From assembly GCA_963758525.1 (NCBI GenBank), contig CAVWVQ010000002.1:224001-288000 (forward strand): 64,000 bases of DNA, given 5' to 3'. This document shows, piece by piece, positions 48,841 to 57,600 of this stretch; the stretch's first letter is position 1; each line of letters begins with the position of its first letter. Below the pieces are notes generated by a model that did not search any database, was not told the DNA's origin, and saw only the letters and a program-made list of their open reading frames with translations. Source of the stretch: an uncultured Phycisphaerales bacterium (lineage in GTDB: Bacteria; Planctomycetota; Phycisphaerae; Tepidisphaerales; Tepidisphaeraceae). The translations under genes and the position numbers were made by a program.

Positions 48841-50004
48841 TCAGGAGGAGTCCAATCGGGCGAGGAGTTCGGCCAGTTGAAACGGCCCGAGATTCTCTCC
48901 CGGGAGCAACTGGCCCCGGCCGCACGACGGGCAGCACCGAGGTTTGGACGGGCCGGCGCCGAGCACGCCTGGAGTGCCTTCTTCCGGCTTGGTCACGGCA
49001 ATTGCCAGCAGGCGCCGGCAGTCGATCAGGTTCTGTGTTCTCACACAATTGGCCAATAGCCCGAAGTGGCGGATGCGCACGAAGCCGGAGGGAACCGCGT
49101 GCAGCAGGAACCGGCGGAGGAACTCATCTCTGTCCAGCGTCATCGTGCCTGGCCGGTTCTGGTGGGCGTAGTCTTTGTACGTGAAGGTGACGGTCTGGTC
49201 GTCCATCGCGACAAGCCTTCGGTTGGAGATGGCGATGCGGTGGGTGTAGCGACTGAGGTACTTGAGCACCTGCTCGGGCCCGCCGAACGGTGGCTTGGCG
49301 TAGACGACCCAATCGTGTTTGACGGAGAGATCGAGCAGCCGCTCAAAGCCGTCATCGTCTTCCGCGCCGATCAGCTTGCCGCTCTTGCGTGCGCGTTTGA
49401 GCAGGTCGATGAACTTGCCGCGGAAGACTTTGGAGAGCACGCGCACCGGCAGGAAGAAGCCGGGGCGGCAGCGGATCCATTTGGAGCCGTCGGGTGAGAG
49501 CCCGCCGCCGGGAACCACGCAATGCACGTGAGGATGCAGGCAGAGGTTCTGGCCCCAGGTGTGCAGGATGGACATGAAGCCGATCTTCGCCCCCAGGTGC
49601 TTTGGATTGGCCGCCACCTCCGACAGCGTCTGGCCCACGGCATCGAACAGCACGCCATAGATCACCCGTTTGTTGGCCAGCGCCAGCGCGTTGAACGTGT
49701 CGGGAAGCGTAAAGACCACGTGGAAGTATTCGATCGGCAGCAGTTCTTCTGCGCGATCTGCCATCCACCGCGCGCAGGCGGACGCCTGGCACTTGGGGCA
49801 GTGCCGGTTGCGGCAGGAGTTGTAAGCGACACGCCGGTAGTGGCAGTGATCGCACGTCTCGACATGGCCGCCCAATGCGGCGGTGCGGCAGGAGACAATG
49901 GCGCAGGATCCGCTGCTGCGCGCCGCTGAGGTTCTCAAGCCGATGGCCGTGACGTTCGATGACATCCGCCAGTTCCAGCGCGGGCGCTGGAACGGTGGCG
50001 TCAT
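48841..50004 (-). CDS. IS91-family transposase (Zn-binding + Y2 HUH); compensating indels near 49980 and 49902
   Basis: CDHC..NSCRNRHCPKC, HVVFTLP, LHTWG..HPHVH, YLSRY, RIRHFG. Confidence 0.92.
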   Translation of the reverse strand: MTPPFQRPRWNWRMSSNVTAIGLRTSAARSSGSCAIVSCRTAALGGHVETCDHCHYRRVAYNSCRNRHCPKCQASACARWMADRAEELLPIEYFHVVFTLPDTFNALALANKRVIYGVLFDAVGQTLSEVAANPKHLGAKIGFMSILHTWGQNLCLHPHVHCVVPGGGLSPDGSKWIRCRPGFFLPVRVLSKVFRGKFIDLLKRARKSGKLIGAEDDDGFERLLDLSVKHDWVVYAKPPFGGPEQVLKYLSRYTHRIAISNRRLVAMDDQTVTFTYKDYAHQNRPGTMTLDRDEFLRRFLLHAVPSGFVRIRHFGLLANCVRTQNLIDCRRLLAIAVTKPEEGTPGVLGAGPSKPRCCPSCGRGQLLPGENLGPFQLAELLARLDSS

Positions 50005-50868
50005 GTCGTTGCGGCGACTGCCTGTGGCGCGTAAAGCAGATCCAGCGGACTTGCAGCAGCGCTCAACTTGGCCTGCGGAGACGTGCAGGTAGATTGCCGT
50101 GGTCTTGATGTTGCGGTGTCCCAGCAGCACCTGGATCGTCCGCAGGTCGGTGCCCGCATCCAGCAGATGCGTGGCATAGCTGTGACGCAGCGTGTGCGGA
50201 CTGACCGGCCGCGTGATGCCCGCGCGGCGGGCGAACCGCTGCACGATCCGGCAACCTCCTCCGCCATCCTGATGGCGGGTGGGATCATCCGACTGGGGGA
50301 AGAGCCACTCGGCCGGACGCGCCTGCTTCCAGTAGTCGCGCAGCACCGCCAGCAGTTGCGGGGAGAGCTTGGCCATCTGAGCCTTGCTCCCCTTGCCGTC
50401 GCGAACGTGGATCAGCATCCGCGAACTATCGATATCCCCCGGCTTCAGCGCCAGCGCCTCGGAGATGCGCAGCCCCGCGCCGTAGAGCGTCATCATCAAT
50501 GCCTGGTGCCTGGGCTCATTGGCCGCAACCTCGAAAAGCCGGCGCAGCTCATCGGGCGAGAGGACCATGGGGAGCCGTTTGGGCCGCTTGGCGCAGGGGA
50601 GCTTCTCGAACCACTCGTCGCGCCCAAGCGTCACGCGGTAGAAGAACTGAAGGGCGCAGCGCGTCTGGTTGTAGAGGCTCCAGCTCACCTTCCGTTCCTT
50701 CACCATGTACAGCAGGTACTGGCGTACCTGTTCGCCGCTGAGTTGCTCGGGCGAACGGCCATAGTGTCTGGAGAAGTGAGCCACCGCCCGCACATAGGCT
50801 TCCACCGTGTGCGGCGAGAAGTTGCGCAGCTGAATGTCCTCGATCAGTCGTTGCCGAAGTGCCGTCAT
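50001..50868 (-). CDS. Tyrosine recombinase with N-terminal SAM-like domain (one extra base near 50075)
   Basis: GLRISE, GKGSK, HTLRHSYATHLL, LLGH, IY; true C-terminus ..SPLDLL in a shifted frame with ATGA overlap into the transposase; aggag RBS. Confidence 0.92.
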
Positions 50869-50989
50869 CAAATCGCTCCTTGTAAGAGAAGCGATCCATG
50901 ATGCCGGGCACCGATCAACGGTACGATTTTGCGGGCAGTGCAGAAATGAAGGTTACGTCTGTCCCCACCGCGCAGCGGTTTAGTTCAAC

Positions 50990-51030
50990 AGACGCGACGC
51001 GGGCCGGTCCACAGCAGCGGCTGGTTATCC
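50990..51030 (-). other. Half attC site (R''-side arm only)
   Basis: gacgcgacgcgggccggtccacagcagcggctggtt with the partner arm missing. Confidence 0.7.
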
Positions 51031-51056
51031 GGCACGCCGGGACGCCGCGACTGAAG

Positions 51057-51602
51057 TCACCCCTCCGGCACCACCATACCAAGCGTGGACAATTCGTCCG
51101 CCTCGACGCTCAACCGGAGTTGCCGATTGAACGTTTGGCCATCCTCGCGCACATCGCCGGCGAACACGAGGAAATTGTCCGGCAGCGCGAGGTCGGCGAA
51201 GTCGCCGGACCGACTTCGGGCCGCGTGCGTGACGGAACGTGAAACACGACCGACGAGTTCTTCGTTCGCGGTCATTACTGCTTGCCATTCCGAGTGCGGT
51301 GCGCCTGCGAGCGATGCCGACAGCCTCTCGTAGTAGGGCTCCATAGCTTCGCAGACAGGCTTCAAGACATCCCAGTGCCACTCGGCCGGTGCCCACCGAA
51401 CGCCTTCATCCGTCAGCATGCTCTCGGCGTTGACACCGAAGATGGGTGCCGAGATGACGGTGTAGTCGCAGTAAAGAATCCAGAAGGCGCCGGCGTAGAA
51501 AGTCTCGCCCGGGTTTTGGCGCAGCAGATCGGCAAGCCCGCGGTGGATCTCAATGGGCCACTGCGACTCTATTTGGTTGAGAAGGGCGCGGTGACGGTCC
51601 AT
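51057..51602 (-). CDS. Cassette-borne DUF4303-like protein
   Basis: ETFYAGAFW..RWAPAEW motif. Confidence 0.65.
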   Translation of the reverse strand: MDRHRALLNQIESQWPIEIHRGLADLLRQNPGETFYAGAFWILYCDYTVISAPIFGVNAESMLTDEGVRWAPAEWHWDVLKPVCEAMEPYYERLSASLAGAPHSEWQAVMTANEELVGRVSRSVTHAARSRSGDFADLALPDNFLVFAGDVREDGQTFNRQLRLSVEADELSTLGMVVPEG

Positions 51603-51619
51603 TTGTTGTGCCGGATAAC

Positions 51620-51906
51620 GAAGAGGACTTTATCCAGCGTGCGCCAGCGACGCCGGTACTCGCGACCGCTTGTCGCACGCTGGATAAAGTCTGTTGAACT
51701 GAACCGATTTTGGACGTCAACGCACGGGAGCAATTAGCCCGAAAAACCGCGCGCATACATTATTATAGGGGATTGTATTCATAGCATATTTCCGACAAAA
51801 AAGGCGGTGTCGCAAACTGATAATCGCTCGTCAGAGAGAAGGCTGCGGCGATGCTTAGAGTACCGAACACCGGGCGCCTGCCCACCGCGCAGCGGTTTAG
51901 TTCAAC
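51620..51906. mobile_element. 287-bp unit, copy 5
   Basis: Near-identical to the other copies. Confidence 0.93.
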
Positions 51907-52009
51907 GGATAACAATCTCTGGCGGGTCACGCGACGCGCCAGGGCACGTTGGACTAAAGACAAACTATCGACGCGACGCGGACCCGTCCAGAGCATTGTT
52001 TGGTTATGC
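51904..52009 (-). other. attC site
   Basis: aatctctggcgggtc / gacccg t ccagag c att; stem covaries relative to the 52904 site. Confidence 0.85.
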
Positions 52010-52588
52010 CCTCGTGCCGTCAGGCCGCTCGGGTGCTTGCAGCCCGGCTTCCTTAATGAGCGCCCGATAGCGCCCCTCCTCACCGGGGGTATCCGCCGCC
52101 GGGTGCCCTAGCAGCCGTTCAACAGGCCAGATGGCCCTATTGTCGAACCGTTCGTCGTCTAGCAAGAGCAGTAGGGCGCCCGCTTTCTGAGCGATCGAAA
52201 TCCAAGTATTGCGAACACTGGGCGACTCTTCGAAGAGCAAGCTCATACCGGTAGTAGCGGCTGTCGCTCGGAAGATCACCAAATTTCCCTCCACGATAAG
52301 GGTACTCCAGACGCACCCGATCCGGACCAGACCGTTAATCAATTTTCGCTCTGGGCTGTAAGCCTCGACTTGTCCATCAGGGGGAAATAGGAAGCCGAGG
52401 CATAGGTCTGACATGTTCTGTTCTAGGGGCGTGCGTTCTATATCCCCGAGCGGGCAATCCACGTCCGAGGGAACACAAGCAAGCAAACGACCGCTATCAG
52501 TGGGATCCAGATGTTCCGCGATAGCACGAATGACGCGGTCCGCGGACGAGCGCTCGGCAATGAGCTCGAAAGCGTAATCTAGTCCCAT
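52004..52588 (-). CDS. Cassette-borne hypothetical protein
   Basis: Starts MGLDYAFEL; ends are 13-bp complementary. Confidence 0.72.
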   Translation of the reverse strand: MGLDYAFELIAERSSADRVIRAIAEHLDPTDSGRLLACVPSDVDCPLGDIERTPLEQNMSDLCLGFLFPPDGQVEAYSPERKLINGLVRIGCVWSTLIVEGNLVIFRATAATTGMSLLFEESPSVRNTWISIAQKAGALLLLLDDERFDNRAIWPVERLLGHPAADTPGEEGRYRALIKEAGLQAPERPDGTRA

Positions 52589-52619
52589 CGTGCCACCGGT
52601 TCCGCTACGAGGGCATAAC

Positions 52620-52906
52620 GAAGAGGACTTTATCCAGCGTGCGCCAGCGACGCCGGTACTCGCGACCGCTTGTCGCACGCTGGATAAAGTCTGTTGAACT
52701 GAACCGATTTTGGACGTCAACGCACGGGAGCAATTAGCCCGAAAAACCGCGCGCATACATTATTATAGGGGATTGTATTCATAGCATATTTCCGACACAA
52801 AAGGCGGTGTCGCAAACTGATAATCGCTCGTCAGAGAGAAGGCTGCGGCGATGCTTAGAGTACCGAACACCGGGCGCCTGCCCACCGCGCAGCGGTTTAG
52901 TTCAAC
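52620..52906. mobile_element. 287-bp unit, copy 6
   Basis: Near-identical to the other copies. Confidence 0.93.
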
Positions 52907-53009
52907 GGATGACAATCTGTGGCGGCCAACGCGACGCGCCGACGGACACTATACCAAAGACAAACTTTCGACGCGACGCGGGGCCGTCCACAGCATTGGC
53001 TGGTTATTC
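52904..53009 (-). other. attC site
   Basis: aatctgtggcggcc / ggccg t ccacag c att. Confidence 0.87.
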
Positions 53010-53530
53010 GGCGACCGGTGAGCGGGTCGTGTACGGTTGAGACGGTGCCCCTTCGCTAATATAGCGCTTGGCGATTTCTTCGGCGCGGCGGCGCGCTCGG
53101 TCCGAGCCGGCATCTAAGCTGCCGAATTCAGCGTTCTCACGAATCACCTTTGCCACAGCAGGACTGTACACTAATTCTGCGCGCCAGTTGGCAAGATGCT
53201 TTGCACGCATGCTGAGTTTGATGAACCGATGCGATTTCCGGTGACGGCCCATTACGGTGACGCTCTCCCCGCCCATGCCCCAAAAGAAATCGTAGACGAA
53301 CACTTTCGCGCCGGCGCAAAATGCTTGGTCCCGCGGCGCTTCTCGACACCCCCCGGACCATAATCTCGCTCTATGACGACATTGGCGGCGACGCACCAAG
53401 CAGGTTCGGAGCCCCGATTCTCGTAACCCGGATCGATCCAGGCTGGCAGCTGAGAGCCACCGGCGATTTGAGGTGCGACGGAGGCCGGTTTTGATTTCGG
53501 ACGCAGAAATCGGAGTAGAAAGTCGAGCAT
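53004..53530 (-). CDS. Cassette-borne hypothetical protein (frameshift near 53315)
   Basis: MLDFLLR..WCVAANV..GTKHF continues as GAKVFVY..GRHRKS in another frame. Confidence 0.65.
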
Positions 53531-53553
53531 CGCTGATCGCCTCTTCGCCGAAT

Positions 53554-53642
53554 AACGTATCAACGTTCTGTGGCCGGCCGCCGTGGACTGCGGTTCTCCA
53601 ATGCCACCGTCGTGGCCGGTCCACAGCAGCGTTTGGTTAGGT
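53554..53642 (-). other. attC site of the first, ORF-less cassette (53557-53725)
   Basis: R'' ACCTAAC matches R' GTTAGGT at 53725; stem ctgtggccggcc / ggccgg t ccacag. Confidence 0.85.
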
Positions 53643-54657
53643 TTCCTGCGCAAAAGCCTATAACAACGAAAACCATCATTTGCAAGAAATACGCAAGATT
53701 ACGACATGCTTAATGGAAACCTAACTACAAATCTCACGCGCTCGGGTGCCTATAGCGGTTACGGGCAAGCCGTCGCGGCCCCCAGTATCGTCTAATTTAC
53801 ATAATTTACATAGATAGTGTCAACCACTCGCCAGAATATTGGCGGGCGAATTTCGCGCGTAGGTTAGGGCGCGTGATATTGCTGGAGCGCTTTTGGCGAA
53901 GAGAGTAGACAAAGGCAGGAGCGGGCGAGAGCCCGGCGACAAGTCGCTCGGCTCTGCGCTGGCGCGACGTGGATGCCCCCTTGGATTGGACGACGCTACC
54001 CAATGCCAGACGCAACCGTCGTTCGGAAAGCACCGCCCCCACCCCGGCCCTCCCCCCGGAGTACCAGGGGAGGGGGGAAACCGTGGAGCGAACGCTCCGC
54101 CGAAAGCGTCAGGGCGCCGGAGCATCGGGCTGCACCTGCAAGCGCAACCTTGATTGCTCGCGAGGCCCTTCCCCTTCCGCGTAAGGAAACGTCAGATCAG
54201 TCAGATATGCAAAGGCCGATGGCGAATTTGCGGGCGTGGCGGGGGCATGAGCGGGAGATTTGCTTTTTTTCGCGACGTGGATTCGTCGCGGGATCCGAAT
54301 ACTTGGAATCAGGGCATCGCTTGCGGAGGGCGTGCATGAACCTTCGGCTGCACGTTCGCGTGCGGACTTCCCCCTTCGGATCGGGGGCTCGAGTTGGAAG
54401 AGAGCGTTTGGAGCGAAGACAGTTCTTTTACGTTCGAAATCACCCTCACCCCTGCCCTCTCCCGGAATAATACCGGGAGAGGGAGAACATGCAGCGACGC
54501 TCGTCAGCCGCGGTGATTGCTCCCTCTGCTGGAAATACCCGGAGAGGGAGAAGACGCAACGATGGTCGTGCAGCTGCGGTGATCGTGCATGTCGGTGATT
54601 GAGTGGCTGGCAACCATGCGGATAATGGGTTAAAGGAACATCCGGAGTACGTATCGC

Positions 54658-57600
54658 GTGAAAACGGCTGTTGAAAGACTGGTTGGCGGAATCGTTGGGA
54701 AATTTCCGGCGGGGTACGGCAACGGACATCTGCGCCGTCGGCCGCGTTTCTCGGCGGATGAGCAGCCGTTGCGCGCGGAGCTGTTCAGCGTGGATCAGCT
54801 CGAACGGCATGCCAAGGCGCTGGCGGGCTGGCACGAGCTGGCGACGCGGCGCGGCGCCGACCGGCTGCTGCCGCGGCTGGACGAAAACGAACACGTTCTG
54901 CTGCATACGTACGATCTGGTCACCAGGGCGGCGGAGGACAGTCGCCGGATCGCGCCGGCGGGGGAATGGCTGCTCGATAATTTCTATCTGATCGAAGAGC
55001 AGATTCGCACCGCCCGGCGGCACTTGCCGCGGGCGTACAGCCGCGAGCTGCCGGCGCTGGCCAACGGGCCGGCGGCGGGGTATCCGCGCGCGTATGGGAT
55101 CGCGCTGGAGCTGATCTCCCACGTTGACGGCCGGCTCGATGCGGCCAGCCTGCGCGGGTTTATCGCGTCTTACCAGTCGATCCAGCCGCTCACGCTCGGC
55201 GAGCTGTGGGGCGTGCCGATCATGCTGCGGCTGGCGCTGATCGAGAACCTGCGCCGCGTCGCCGCGCGGATTGCCGCGGGTCGGCAGGATCGCAACGTCG
55301 CCAACGAGTGGGCCGACCGCATGGTCGCGATTGTCGAAAAGAATCCGACGGATCTGATCCTGGTGCTCGCTGACATGGCGCGGGCGAATATTCCGCTCAG
55401 CAGCGCCTTCGTCACCGAACTCACCCGCCATCTGCACGGCCAGAGCCCCTACTTCGGCTTTGCCACAAGCTGGATGGAACATCGCCTGCAGGATCAGGGT
55501 CTGGCGATCGAACAGCTTGTCCAGACGGAGAATCAGAACCAGGCCGCCGACCAGGTTTCCATCGGCAACAGCATCACGAGCCTGCGGTTTCTCAGCTCGA
55601 TGGATTGGCGCGACTTCGTCGAGGAGATGAGCGTCGTCGAGCAGATCCTTCGCGGCGAGCCGGCGCGGATTTATCCCGCGATGGATTTCGCGACGCGCGA
55701 CCGCTACCGACATTCCGTCGAGGCGATTGCCAAGTGCAGCAAGCTGACCGAATTCGAAGTCGCGCGCAAGGCGGTCAAGCTGTGCGAGATGGTTTCTGCC
55801 GATCAGGCGAACGAGATTACCGGTCACGTCGGGTATTACCTGATCGACAAGGGCCGGCCGGCACTGGAGCGCATTGCGGAGATGCGGCTTTCGCCACGTC
55901 TGATCGCAAGCAAGTTGCGCCGCCGCTTTCCGATGCCGCTCTATCTGGGCGCGGTGCTGCTGATCACGCTTGCCGCGACCATCGGTCTGCTGATCTGGTC
56001 GCATCGTCATGGCATCGGGGCCTTGGGCCTTTCGCTGCTGGGAATCTTCGCCGTGGTCGCGGCGATGCATCTGGCCGTCGGGATCGTCAACTGGCTGGCG
56101 ACGCTCACCGTTGCGCCGCATCCGCTGCCGCGAATGGATTATTCGGAGGGAATTCCGCCCGAGTGCAGCACGATCGTGGTCATTCCGACGATGCTCACCT
56201 CAACGGCCGCGATCGAGAGCCTGCTCGAGGGCGCGGAAGTTCGTTACCTGGCCAATCGCGACGCCAACGTGCGCATCGCGCTGCTCACGGACTTCAAGGA
56301 CGCCCGGCAAGAGACGATGCCGGAGGACCAAGATCTCGTTCGCCTGGCGGCAGAGGGAATTGAACGGCTCAATCGCAAGTATGCCGGGGACCGCGCGGAT
56401 ATTTTCTATCTGTGCCACCGCCCGCGGCGGTGGAATCCGCAGTCTGAGCGATGGATGGGTTATGAACGCAAGCGCGGAAAGCTGGCGGAGTTCAACGCGC
56501 TGGTGCGCAACCGGCCCGCGCTGGGAAGCTCCAACGGCGAGGAGGTTGTCCACGGCCCGCGCGACCAGTTCAGCACCATCGTCGGCGATATCGCCGCGCT
56601 GCGCGACGTGCGCTATGTGATCACCCTCGACACCGACACGCAGCTTCCCCGCAACGCCGCCCGCGAGCTGGTCGGGACGATGGCGCACCCGCTCAACCGC
56701 CCGGTGATTGACGAAGAGCTCGGCCGCGTGATCAACGGCTATGCCATTCTGCAACCGCGCGTCGGCGTGAGCCTGCCGAGCGCCTCGCGCTCGTGGTTTG
56801 TCCGGCTCTTCGCCGGTGATCCGGGAATCGACCCGTACACGCGCACCGTCTCCGATGTCTATCAGGACGTTTTCGGGGAAGGGTCGTTCATCGGCAAAGG
56901 CATTTACGATCTGGACGCATTCGACCAGACCTGCAGCAACTTCCCCGAAAACACCGTTCTCAGCCACGATCTTCTGGAGAGTTGCTACGCGCGCTCGGCA
57001 CTGGTCAGCGACGTGGAATTGTTCGAGGAGCACCCCTCTCTCTACACCGCTGACGTCAATCGCCGGCATCGCTGGATTCGCGGCGACTGGCAGATCGCCC
57101 CGTGGCTGTTGCCCACGGTTCCCGCCGCCGATCACAAGACCGTTCCCAATCCACTCTCGGCGCTTTCCCGCTGGAAGATTTTCGACAACCTGCGGCGCAG
57201 CCTCGTCCCGATTTGCCTGATGGTGATTCTCGCGGGCGGCTGGATCGCAGCGATGTTCGTTCCGACCGTTACCGGGCCTCGGCGCCTTTCGATTGCTGGC
57301 ATCACCACTGTTTTCTCGCTGGCGGTGATCGCGCTCCCCGCGCTGCTGGCGCTGACCCTCGATCTGCTCAACAAGCCGTCCGATATGAGCGTGAGCCTGC
57401 ATCTGGGGAATTCGTCCACCAGCGTATGGCGGCAACTCGCGCAACTGCTGCTGGCAATCACGTTCCTCCCGTACGAGGCATACATGAGCGCCGACGCGGT
57501 GATCCGCACGCTCACCCGAATGCTCTGGACGCACCAGCGCCTCCTGGAATGGACCACCTCCAGCGACGCCGAGCGCCGAGCCCGCACCGATCTCGCGAGT

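Larger units (their letters stand above)
48508..50989 (-). mobile_element. IS91-like element encoding a tyrosine recombinase and HUH/Y2 transposase; shares ends with the 287-bp unit
   Basis: Left end gaagaggactttatccag..ctggataaagtctgttgaactgaaccg; right 26 bp cccaccgcgcagcggtttagttcaac identical to the short unit. Confidence 0.9.
41630..53725 (-). mobile_element. Integron-type gene cassette array without an adjacent intI
   Basis: About 10 attC-like sites separating short co-oriented ORFs whose starts and stops abut the core sites. Confidence 0.88.

Noticed and set aside
50001..50868. Calling the recombinase IntI
   Set aside because: No visible IntI-specific insertion, it lies mid-array, and it is coupled to an IS91-type transposase.
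48841..50871. 676-aa integrase-transposase fusion in the ORF track
   Set aside because: The recombinase C-terminus (..SPLDLL, stop at 50001) and the transposase segment ALELADVIERHG lie in other frames, and an ATGA overlap marks two genes. The fusion results from small indels.
44004..52906. CRISPR array interpretation of the repeats
   Set aside because: Repeats are 287 bp, the intervening segments are whole genes with attC sites, and no cas genes are present.
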